Shown one piece after another: positions 46,438-58,200 of a stretch of 64,000 bases of DNA; position 1 is the stretch's first letter; every line of letters starts with the position of its first letter. Under the pieces are notes generated by a model. That model was not told the origin of the DNA, searched no databases, and was given only the letters and a program-made list of their open reading frames with translations. Both the position numbers and the translations under genes were made by a program. Origin of the DNA: Lepidodermella squamata (Eukaryota > Animalia > Gastrotricha); assembly GCA_047495785.1 (NCBI GenBank), contig JBLDXI010000009.1:2418001-2482000 (forward strand). Direction: 5' to 3'.

Positions 46438-47248
46438 ATGAATTTATGGGCAAAAGCAGGATGTTCGCGACCGATCTGTCGGCCCCTGAAGCCGATCGCC
46501 AGCCGTCAACCGTCCCCTAAACCCTCACGTGTAAGGCTTTTTTACACGCCGGATAAGCTACGTGTGAAGGACTCGATGCCTAAACTGGACCGCTGTGACC
46601 ATCAACGCGCACCGTGCAGTTACTACATGTAATAAATAGGAACAACTTTGCTGTCCAGTATTGTTGTCAAGAATTCTGCTATATGGATACATAAGAGCTA
46701 AGAACTATTATAAATAGCTTTTAGATCGCTCAACCGGTAGCGCTAACCTATAACGAATAACGACCTATAACAAACCTATAATATGATTTAGCATTTGATT
46801 TTCGCATTTCGGCCTTGGGACTTCCAATGAAAGTTACAAATCAAATTATTTAAAGACCGTGCTAGATGTATCGCCAAACGGGCTGCCATCCTCAAGGTCC
46901 CCTTCGAACAGTTAAGATGAAAAATGAGCTGAAAGCCGCCCAACTCGATAATAGGATTATTGCGAAGTCAGGCGAGTTGAAAAAATACTCGGAAGATGAA
47001 AATAACCGAATGGCTAGTCAACGTTGATGATGATGATGATGTTGTAAAAAATTGTTACAAGCGAAAAGGCAGGCCATGCGCTTGTTTCTCGAACAATTCG
47101 AAGTGCTCTGCTAAGTGTAAATATGTTGATTGCATCAATAGATAAAATTGGTTCATCGCAGGGCGACTTTGTTTACTGTTCGGGCGCGCCTCTTCAAAAC
47201 GAGGGCGCGCTATTATTAAATGACGGCTGAGATTAAACGAGGGCGAAC

Positions 47249-47277
47249 TTTTACATTTTACATTTTACATTTTACAT
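47249..47277. repeat. (TTTTAC A-type) hexamer microsatellite, ACATTTT-phase tandem repeat
   Basis: ttttacattttacattttacattttacat read directly. Confidence 0.8.
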
Positions 47278-49014
47278 ACCTTTGAATTCCGGCGGTGAAA
47301 GGGTTAAGAATGAAGCGGTGTATTTACTTTCAAGTATGCAGTTCTTGGTTACCGCCATACAACCCAAACTAACCTGTCCCAGTACGATAACCGAAGTTAA
47401 CCAGCGTCAGTAGGCCTTGCTTGGCTGGGCGACGCTGGTTTTTTTAGCGAGCTCGGAAAAACACGGGAGAAACACGGTAAAAAAGGGCAGCTGCTGTAAA
47501 TACGCGTTGCGCGACCGCCCACCTTGGAGTGTTGATTCTGGGAAAAACTCGCTATTTTTCTTGGACGAATAGTATTCCTGTGATCTTCTAAAGTAATGTT
47601 ACTACGCGCGGTTTGCAAAAATTAAAGTTTCGAAAACAGATTTCCAGCTGGCATTACCTAATTACCTAAAAGCCGCACATGTACGCATTCAATACTGAGG
47701 TACTGAGGTGGCTCCGTTGTTTGTTTACCACACTTGGGAATCACCCTAGGCGCGCCCGATTTGTTTGCACAACAGCTATAACAACGGCGATAAACGCTCC
47801 CGATGTGTCCGGGGAGAAAAACTCACGTGAGAAACAATTCTCCAGGAGAAAACTGTGACAGTTAAAGAGTTCACCACTGAAGCAATGAAACTTCTGCAGA
47901 ACTTAGGCATCAACAATGTCAAAGCCGTCGAAATGTTATCTCAAGTCTTGAAGGACAGCGTCAGAATGTAAATTATCACCTTTAATCAAATTATCAATAC
48001 CCGAAACCCAAATAGTTTATGAAACATAGTAATCTGTTATATCAATTAATTATATATTATATGCTCCTGCGTCTATAAGGCACTGTTACTGTAAATATCC
48101 GTAACACAGACCACCAATAAATCGGTTTCTCTCTCTCTGAAGTTTGTTAAAATTAGCTCTTGCACTACTTTTACGATTTTTTTGCGATTTCGGCATTTTT
48201 CTGTCTTGATCGTTGCCTAATGATACTTCTTATGGCTCAGGAATTTAATTTTTATTTCAGCTACCTTTTACCCTCAGGAATTTAGAATAATTTTTAATGT
48301 TGGCTTCTAAGGCTTCTGATATCGGAAAAATCACTGATTTGTGAAATCGATATCGGCTCTGCAGACGTTTAGGTATTACTCGTAAACTGGCCTCAAAATG
48401 CACTCATTAGAGAGATCTATCAGCTAAGCACGGAAGTAAGAAGATTGCGAAAATGTTTCGGGTGCCAAGTGCAGGCCCTAAATGTTGGGTTCCAGCTCTA
48501 AATTTGAGAATCCCCAGCCACTAGCCCTAGTCATAAAATTAAGCTGGAAATGAATAGGAAAACATTGTCGAGAAATCGGAAATGAAATTGGGTCATTCTT
48601 TCTGAAATTGCCAGTTTAGGACCCTATTAGGCCCTATTTATTAGATTAAGCAACAGTGGGGAAATGAATTTATGATAGCTAAATAACGACTGCAACGACT
48701 GCTCACATTTTTATTAGCACTGAAAATAAAATTCCAGGTTCAGAGAGGTATCGATCAACAAACGAAGTCGAATCTCGACTAATCGGAAAGCGTTAGAGCC
48801 AGGACTCCTAACTTTAGTACTGGATATTCCTTTTTAGTGGTCCAAATATTCAGACCATTTGGGCAAATCTAGAGCTTTAACGTTAAATTTGAGCTGAATA
48901 TCCAAAACGTCAATCGAGATTTGAACCTTTTTATGACATTTTGAATTAACTTGGAAATGGAAATTATACCTTGAAACTGGGATTTGATAAACGTAGGTAT
49001 ATTTTTTATTTTTG

Positions 49015-49455
49015 TGGCAGATGGACTCATGAAGCGGCCAGAGTCATTCCGCCGGAAAGGCACTACTCCAAGGCGCCAGGGTGGCACGAAATCATTGGGC
49101 GATGCCGTCTTTCCGATACTTGGACGATGATCGTGATGCTCGATCTCACAGCGTACAGCGTACCCGAGCGCCGTAGTAGACGCTCAAAGTGAGTACTTAA
49201 TTTTACACCTTAATTTTATGGATTTTTCTATGACTTTTCTCGTCAGAGCAAGCGATAGTAGGAAGGGCTCAATGCCGAAAAATAACCGATCGACATCGCC
49301 ATCCCCGAGTCACTACTCTCAGCGTAGCCTGCCATCACAGTCGTCGTGCAAGTCGGCCGTCAATCTCGAGATTCGCCGCGGCTCATCGCGGCGCGGTCTA
49401 TCCGTCCTATACCCAGACTAATTCTTGGATAAGCGCGTCATCAGGCGCGTCTATG
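49015..49455 (+). pseudogene. Decayed copy of PLC-epsilon terminal exons 16-17
   Basis: SVPERRSRRSK and ASDSRKGSMPKNNRSTSPSPSHYSQRS...RRGSSRRGLS are near-identical to 40058-40857, but with deletions, frameshifts and an early stop. Confidence 0.88.
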
Positions 49456-50096
49456 GTCCAGAGTGGATGCGCGTTGATCGCGCGTCCATAGACTCTGGGT
49501 CAGTATGCGTGTCGTGTGTCTTTTAACAACATCGTCCACATCCCACATCCACCAGTAGTAAAGTTTGTAAAGTGCTCGAATTTTGATTAGTCATTGTGTC
49601 TGTTGCGGAAGAAGAAGACTTGAAAGCGTCTGTTTTTTTAGAGACATTCCCCTTGTTGACCACCATAGTTTTGAACCATGAGGAACCTAAACTGCATGAG
49701 AAGGTGTGCATACCTACCTGTTTTTTTACGTCGGTGAATTCGAATATTCGAGTGCATCCTGCGTGACATTTTACACTGGGCAAGTGTCTTTTATCTACAT
49801 CGTCCAAATCCGACGATCAGCAGTAAAATTGTTTACTTGAGTGGTGGTAAGTGTGCCTGTTGCCTAAAAGCAGGATATGCTTTGCGGAAGACGTTTTGAA
49901 AGTGTCTGTTTTTTTAGAGATACTCCGCTTTTTTAATTTTAAACCACCATAGTTTTAAACCTTTCGAGAACCTGAACGGGGCGAGAAGGTGTGCGTGCAT
50001 ACCTACGTGATTTTTTATATCGGTGAATTTAAGTATTTAGTGCATCTTGCCTGACATTTTACACATATATAAGGTTTTGAAAGGTAACTTGAAATT

Positions 50097-52460
50097 ATGA
50101 TTTCAGCACATTTTATAGCTGCGCTTCTGCTTGCCGGGGCGACGGCGATCAGAAATAATATGTCAGTTCTGATTTTGTACCCCTTGACCGGAGATGCTCC
50201 GAGAAAAGGCGAAGCCTGCCTTATAGGAACCGATATAGTGATCGAAGAGGCCAATGCCCGGAAAGTCCTGCCGAACTACAATCTGGTCCCAGTTTATCGC
50301 GATGAAGGCCAAGGCAGTAACCTTGCAGTCCAAGTTTTGATGAATTTCCTCGCCAATCAATCTCAGGATACAATTGTAGCACCCATATTAGTCGGCGCTG
50401 TGTTTGCTGGAGGCTGCAAAACCTTAGGGCCTGTGGTGCCTAACGTTAACATGGTGCACGCAGCTTTCGCATGCAACAGCCCAAGTTTGACCAACAACCG
50501 GAAACTGTACACTAACATGTACCGGATAAGAGCTGGATCCGAGTTGATGCTTTACTCCCGGCTGCGATTCATCAGAGAAATCGGGCGATGGAACAGATTC
50601 GGCTTGTTGACCTCAACTCAGAACGATGCGGATTACCTGGGCGGTCAGATGATGGTTAAAGAAGCCCTGGCTAACGGGTTTGAAGTTCCATTTTTCGATG
50701 TAGTTCCTGACATTGAAGACGCGACTATGCAAACGATTCTTGCGAAAGATGTTCGAGTAATTGATGTCTATGCATCAGCTTTACCGTTTGTTCTAAAGTT
50801 CCTCTGCAAAGCTTATGAATTTGGATTGAAAGGACCTCGTTACGCTTTCATCCTATTCTTCTCTCTATACACTGAACCATCAGCTTTACCTGACATTATT
50901 ATGCCACAGTGCTCTAAGGCAATGATCTTAGAGCAATATGCCATTTCGTTTTGGATCAGCTGGTCATCGAAGAATCCTGACAGATCAGATTTAGTCACAA
51001 CTCTTGGCTATGATCAAGCTGAGTTTGATCGCCGCTTCGACCTGAAATGGGCTGAAATGAGCGGAAAACCAGGGACCAAACCGGCTGATTACGACAGGCG
51101 TTTTTTGTGCCATGACGGAGCTCTGGCAGCTGTACAAACCCTAGCTACTTCTGAGCAGCGTCTCGCGTCAATAAATCTCACGCTCGGAGATTACACAAGG
51201 ATCCCTTCCATGGTGATGCGTGTTGTTAATGAATCAATTGCGAGTGTGGATTTCGTCGGATTGCGAATGGGCAGGCTGAGATATTCTTCAAGGCTTGAAG
51301 TTGATGACGACATCTTTGTCGTTGTGCAGTGGACTAGGGCGAAAGGACAGCAGGTTCTGGGATCCTTCCGCAAAGCTGCAAATGCCTCTGCGCAGAATTA
51401 CTCAAGTTACTCTGTGCGGAGGGATTACGCTTCTCCCTATTGGATGACAGACGACGGGAAACCTCCGAAAGACAAAAGAATTGAAAAGGAGGTGAGCGTG
51501 AATTTATCGGCTGAATTTCAATGGACAATGATAGCTCTTAATTGCGCGTCTACTACTACTCATTTCGCGCTTCTGATTTTTGGGCGAAGACTTGATTTCA
51601 ACTCAATTGCTGTGTTTTTCGCCAGTATATTCCTCAACTTGACCTCAATATTCTTTAGTGTGATGCATGAACTGGTTAGAGTGGGTTTAGTTTACTACGC
51701 AACCCATAGTTTTGCTTTCATCGGCGTGACAATTTATCAAGTAAGTTGAGGATTTAAGTTACCTCAAATTGCTTCTATTTTCATTGTTTCATCTAAGGCT
51801 ATTTTCTTTGGGAAACTGCTCCATTATCATCTGAATTTGAGGCAACAGAGAGCATTGTCTTTTAAGCGTCGGCTAAGAGCTTTGAAAGCATCCATTGGAA
51901 GATCGCGGTTTGATTCGGCAATGGCTACTTCGACTAGTGCTGCTTCGGTAAATAGCGGATCTTCTGCGATATTCCGACAAGTCATCGCTAATGACCCTTC
52001 AGCAACCAGTAACAAGATCTTGCCGATGTTCATATTGGGTGGAGTAAGCTACTTGGCATGCTGGCTAGCGATAGATCGACAAAATGTCCGTATTGAACAA
52101 CAAATCCTGGAGCAATCATATGATATCAACTCGGATATTTTCACCATTACACGGCAGCTGACTGCAGTTTCACCAAATGAGACGTATTGGATATGGCCCG
52201 TTGTAATTATGAATGGAATAATTCTAATGTTTAGTGCGTGGTTTTCGTACCTACTGCGCAATCTCCATGGGCGGGAGGATCATGTGAAGGAGCTTGTTCG
52301 AATCCGTCTTTCAGCAGCTAATTTTAGCACTATATTTGCTGCTGCAATCTTGGTTTCAGTTGTATCCGGAGATGATGCCAAGTTAAAATCAATGGCATTT
52401 GCAGTTGTAGCTTGGTTAACCGGAACTTCTTCAGGAATGATTTTCCTTTGGCCACGTTGA
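50097..52460 (+). CDS. GABA-B-like class C GPCR, copy B (768 aa, 2 exons)
   Basis: Close paralog of 42119-44485. Intron 51741-51797, intact frame, ends WPR*. Confidence 0.85.
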
Positions 52461-53117
52461 AAGATGTTATCTCAAATCATATCAATTTACAATTCTCAAT
52501 TTCAATAAAGCACAGAGTTTAGTAGCTAGCTGGATAACCAGATTAAAATGCAAGAGAACCTCGCCGTCCTGTGAAGACATCAAGGAGGATGGAGGATAAG
52601 GAGCAAAATAAAACGCGTTCCCTTGTTCTCTGCCAAATTGTCCTCACTGTGACCGAAATACAGGCCCAAATTCCTATTTCAAGCCTGATCTATCCTTAGA
52701 TTCGATCTGGAGAAGAAATGCAAGCCAACAAAACTGGAAAGACCAATTGTTCATTCAAATGTTAGCGACCATAATCACTTTATCACGAGCCTGAATGAAA
52801 TCGACGCAGAATTTTTTACAGGAATGGCAAACCATGACAACATTTGTCAAACTGCTGTTATCGGCGACTGGGAGCCCTGTAATCCAGGCGAATATTGTAC
52901 TCGGGTTGACGGAGAAAAGCTTACAGTTTTAACCAGCTTCACATCGGAGGTATACGGAAATTGGGTGCTTCAAAGATGAAAAATGTCAGCGAAAGAATGC
53001 AGCATTGTCTAACAGAGAAATCAGAAGAGAAATCGCAAAAACGAATCAATTAAAACAATTGTATTCGGATTGGATTAAGTGCTCGATTCATCCACCCAGT
53101 TTCATGCTAGTTCGAAG

Positions 53118-55015
53118 TTAAAGTGCGGTTGTTGTCAATACATCGTCGTCATTCATCGTGTCTGTTCCTGTTACTAAGCTGGGAGCCGGTTGCGCCACAG
53201 AGAACGATCGCGCGACTCGGTAAGCCAGCTTCAATATCGAAGATTTTCGCTCTTTCGTCGGCATGGCGAGGGCTGGGAAATATCGGGAGTAGATAACACG
53301 GAGGGCTGTTTGGACCGGCGCCACTCGAACCACGTAGATCAACGGGTCAATAAATGGCCCAAGCAGTAAAAGCGAGCTTAAGAAGTTGTGAACCAGAATG
53401 TAGCTGGAAAAACAATTGACCGCATAACTTCATCACTCGAGATGATCATGATTACTCACTTCTCTGAAATGTCAATATGATCACCTATGCCGTGTGGGAG
53501 GATCAGCTTAGTCAGCACAAACATGTATATTTCGAAGATCATGGTCGGAAGCCAGCAAACAGCGAATCCGAGCAAAAGCAAGAGTGTTGTGATACTCAAT
53601 TTGCAAATCCCTGACCGCTCTCGTTTCAGCATCACCTGGCATGCTGATGATCCCATGCCGAGTTTGACCTAATAGTTTTGAGACATTACAGATAAAGATG
53701 GCGAATTTTCAGTCGAACTTACATGCCGATAGGCCTTGCCATAAGAAAAAGCTAAAAATACGAACACAAGAAATGCCCAGACCGCGAGAATGAGTTCGGG
53801 CCAGATTTGCGTTGTGTTGATTCGTTTGCACCAATGTTGAATGGACATTGAGTAGCTTTCTGAATTCTCCACATTTCCTACCCCCGATAGCCCCATAAAA
53901 TCCGCTTCTCCAGAACTGTGATCATCGCTCAACTGATGGGCAACTGCAGGGCACATCTCAGGATTGCGGCAGCAGATTTCGATCGCCAGCCTAGGAGAGG
54001 GCAAGTTTGACCTAGAAAATGTTGCTAAGGTGGGTTTACCTTGTTTTCAGCACCTTCTCGTACTCAGCATCGGCTAATAGCAACATATCAACGCTCTGTA
54101 GCAACATTCGTCGCGTTTCCTCGCTCGCCATCGATGCCTGTTCGAATGACGTAGCCTGTCCACTTCGAACAAGATGTTCCAAAGATTTCCTCCTGAGCGA
54201 TTCTAGTGGCAACTCCGCCGGAGACCTTGATGAGTTTGAGGAATTAGTTGCAGGTGAGCCGCAGTCAAATTTCGGCATCGCTGGTTTTGAGTTTGGTTTC
54301 ATTTCCAGTTCCGATGCTGAGTCCAAGTTCAAACTCGTTGAGTTACCACCGTGAATTTGATGATCCTCATGCATCATCGCCGTTATTGGAATATTAGTCA
54401 ATGCTTAAAAAATGTTTCCAATTTTATGGTCTTAATTTAAGGTTTTTTACTACTTTACCTAAGCAAATGGATGCGATCCAAAAAATAATCACTGCATTTC
54501 GAGCTACTTTGTTCCGCATCAACTGCAAAGTCACACGGTTTTTTAGGGTTAAGGAAGTTAATAAAACAATTTACGTGACTGTATTTCGTTGGATGGACCT
54601 TTTAAGAAAAAGAATAACATTTTTAGAGTATCCTGCAGGATTCAGTGTTGTGTAAGTTTACCAATGCTATGTAGACATCAACCGACATGCCGCAGAGATT
54701 GAGCAGATTGGTTGAGAGGCCAATTATAAGCGAAAGTCGAAGGAATGTGGCTGTGCATGTATCCAAGACGGCTGCACCTAAGCCCTGAGTCGAAGCTTTG
54801 TCCGAGTTGGAAAATTCGGAGTTCTTGTACAGGACAATCGAAGTCACCAGCCGCACGGAGCAAAGAAATAGGTCACATGCCACGAGGCTCAGAAGAAACC
54901 GCCTATAACCGACAAGCCTGAATTTCGCGCTGAGAACGCCCTGTAACGCTATTCCATTCGTAACAATAGACAAAAGTGCGATGGTGATGTCAAAGAAGAT
55001 AAAAGTGTGCCTCAT
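53118..55015 (-). CDS. Class A (rhodopsin-like) GPCR, melanocortin/adenosine-like group, with very long ECL2
   Basis: TM1 N, TM2 SL..CD, TM3 NLCGMSVDVYIAL|VHP.KY, TM4 W, TM5 SY, TM6 CWLP and TM7 DPLIY assembled across about 7 exons. Start codon uncertain. Confidence 0.85.
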
Positions 55016-55259
55016 GATAACGAGAACTTGTCGAATCAAAATGAGCTTCGACCTTCATAGTCCTTCATTCGCCTACAGTTTTTACAAGGCTTCAGTGGCT
55101 TTGAGAAGACATATCCTTTTTCAATCAAAAATAATCCGCTTTTCTTCACTCTCCTTGTAGCGCTTTTATTTTTATCGAGATATTCAATCAGTTAATTAAC
55201 CAGCGAAAGCTCGTTATCCAGTAATTGCTCGGTGAACCGGGAATCAGTATAATAACTTC

Positions 55260-58200
55260 TCATGCCCATTTACTAGGGCGCTTTGGTAAGTGTGATCCTC
55301 TAGCGTTGCCTAATCGTGGGGGAGTGCAAACCCCTGGAGAAAAAGATCCTCGACGTAGCCGACTTGAAGTGTTGTTACCCATTGATTTGTTTGCATCTGG
55401 AGGAGATGTTGAACCTTCCCTGAAAAAGCCAACATTCAATATGCAAAAACTAATAATGAAACAAAGGTACTAACCGCGCATTTGCAGATACGTTGACCGC
55501 CGGTCCTGGTCGATTGCGACCAGCGCCGCCAAGTGCCCCGAAACTATTCACAACTGACAGCATAGTGTGATTGACATGGGAACTAAAAGTCTGAGTAACT
55601 CTTCGACTGTCTGATCGCGACAACGCAGGCAAATTCTCATCGCTCGGCTCGGCTTCGTGAAGGACAGTTCCCTGAACTGACCCCGAACTACCTGAGTGCT
55701 CCTGAGTAGCATGAATACGATGTTTCAACCAGAATTCGCCTGAGAGCCCGGTCGTGAGTGCAACTGGTTTCGTTGAATCATCGCTCCCACTTGGTATCTT
55801 TTGTAATACCCCATAACTAGACGTAGTTTTCACACTGAAGCGTCTGTGAGCTGTTGGTGTTGGCTGTGTATTGATTACAGTCCATTGGCATTGGATTAAG
55901 AAGACGTTCTCTTCATCGGCCAAAACTCGTTGGCGGTGGCTTGGTCCGAACAAAGAGTTCCGTCTTTCCCTTCTCTCAAGTGATTGTTGCTCTATCAAAA
56001 CGAACTCATTGCTATCGTCGAGAGATCCGCATCTTGCCATTGCAAGTTTGACGACATCACGAGCAGTAACTCGAACCGACACTTTGAATGATATGTGGCT
56101 GTTTTTGAACAAACTGTTATGAACTGTGATCTCAAAACATGGCTCGGAGATGACTAGTGACGCCTTGCTACCACGCTTCAAAAGAAGCTTTCGAGTTTCC
56201 GGCTCGGGCGGAACCTCTACACGTCCTTCTTCGTCAACCTCATCCATAGGATCTTTCAAGTTGCTAGTGCTGCTCTTAACACTTGCGCTACCACTTGATA
56301 GATCTCGATTTACACCAGAAGCAAGTGCGATCAGAGCTAGTTCCTCATGACTTTCATCCTTCTTGAACTCCAGCAGGAATTTTTTGTTGTTTTTCCACGC
56401 ATGCTGGTCGGAAATTATTTTCTCGTTTTCGCCTAGCGCTCTGTAGCTTATTTGGTTTCTTTTCGCCAGCGAATTCCAACCGCGCTTCACTTCTTCCATT
56501 AGGACGTAGTCGGAAGTAGTGAAAGGTGGGCCTTTGTTGAATGATTGCGCGTTATTTAGCTTTGATAAAGCTATCGCTATTGCATTTCCTGCAGTTGTTG
56601 AAGGTGAAATTTTCAGGATAAAACTTGATTCTCTGGTGATTATCCCGAAAATTGATATCAAAAACTGAGGCGGTTTCGATTTCGGCAATCGATAAGTTTC
56701 AAACGACGTATGCATCGGTGTTTTCTGAGGTCCCATCGACATTTGCGCGAAAACTGATAACGAATTGAAGCCCTTCGCCATTGAAGCAGGGGCGGCCTCC
56801 TCCAGCCGGCTGAAGATAAACAGGGAAGCCATATCAAGCGGTCGATCGAGTGCGTCATTCAGAGGGACATGTCTAAAACCTTTCTTAAGCCTGCTCAATG
56901 GGATTATGCGCTGTGCAACTGGAGCATTATTTGACCCCAATTCATCATAGATGAGTAGCCGAATGAACGCGAAATCTGAGAATTTGATTTCAAACGTGAA
57001 GGTTTCTCGCCAACATGGATTCATCATATTCCTGTAGCGAAATATTGAAGAAAATAAAAAAAACACTTAGAATCATCTAACCTGTGGATAGTTCGTGTTC
57101 TCTGTTTGTTCGAATCATTGTGAAGGCCAATTATTTCCACCTCAACGTAGGGGCTGCCTGTCTTCCTCTCAAGGTCGAGAAGAAATTGGCCGCTGATGAT
57201 GTGAAGTTTGAAGTAAACTTTGGGGCACTTGGGGTTTTTGTCCCATGGATCGAAACGTCCGTACATTGGGTGATCGGGGTCCCACATAACAGCAGGTTTC
57301 AAAACGTAGCCACTATTACCGGTTTGAGCAAATAGAGCACGATTCAGCTGCATAGCAAGGTCGTTGGTCTGGATGTTGAGAGCAACAAATTGCATGCCGA
57401 ATTGCCACATATGAAATGGGTTGTAGTTGGACGAATCGATGCGAATTCCGCCTGGGTAAATCCGCATCACGTTATCTTCGGTGAATTTCAGCACAGCGCA
57501 CGGGTTCCTACGACATACTGCTTTGGCTTCGCTTTCTCCAAGCTAGCAAAAAAATGTTTTAATTAACAAATTAAATAGAAAATGAACGTTTACCGAGTAA
57601 ATGTACTTGACGCCTGGTACTTGGCCATTGTTGGATAAAGGACCTCGGTCCACTTCAGAAAGAGTACCTCGTCGGTTTAGGTTAACCGTTCCCTGCCGAT
57701 TCAGCTGCCCGCCTTGAGAAGGATTAGCGTTCAAATTGGTCATCGTTGGTTTTCTGAGATCAGCTGGTAGAGCTTTCCCATTGCTGGCCGCCATAAATAC
57801 AATATCACTCAACTCCCTAGCAACGTTTCGGCGATGGTGAGGCGAACGGCCAATTTTATCGTCTGGCTTTAGTTCTCCGATCTCATATTCTGTATTCGCG
57901 TCCAATTCATCGATGTAGTAACGACTTTGATTGGCGTTGACATGAGCTGGCAGCGATTTCTTCCGCATTAAGCTCTGACGCCGAGACGAGATGGTGTCAT
58001 TCGGACTTTTCGGCGCCTCTGACCCTTCCAATCTGAAAGTGTTCGAAGAAATTGTTTCCACAGAGCTGCTGAGCTTTTTCGCCTTCAAGCTCCTGCGATG
58101 GTCCCCGTGGCTTACAGAGAACACAATTCCGCTGGTTATGTCGTCAAGAAATTCCTGGACACTGTATTGATCGTTGAATTCATTCGGGTAACGCGTCAAC

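Larger units (their letters stand above)
48220..52490 (+). repeat. Local segmental duplicate of about 38350-44515 (PLC intron 15 and 3' exons plus GPCR)
   Basis: Collinear matches: tgatacttcttatg..cagg (38350/48223), gggtcattctttctgaaattg (39239/48590), PLC exon 16-17 sequence, GPCR upstream region, CDS and 3' flank. Confidence 0.92.

Noticed and set aside
47285-47307. piggyBac element end (AAAGGG-TTAA)
   Set aside because: No matching left end or transposase found nearby.
52560-53000. Coding-looking intergenic stretch
   Set aside because: No sustained ORF or recognisable motif.
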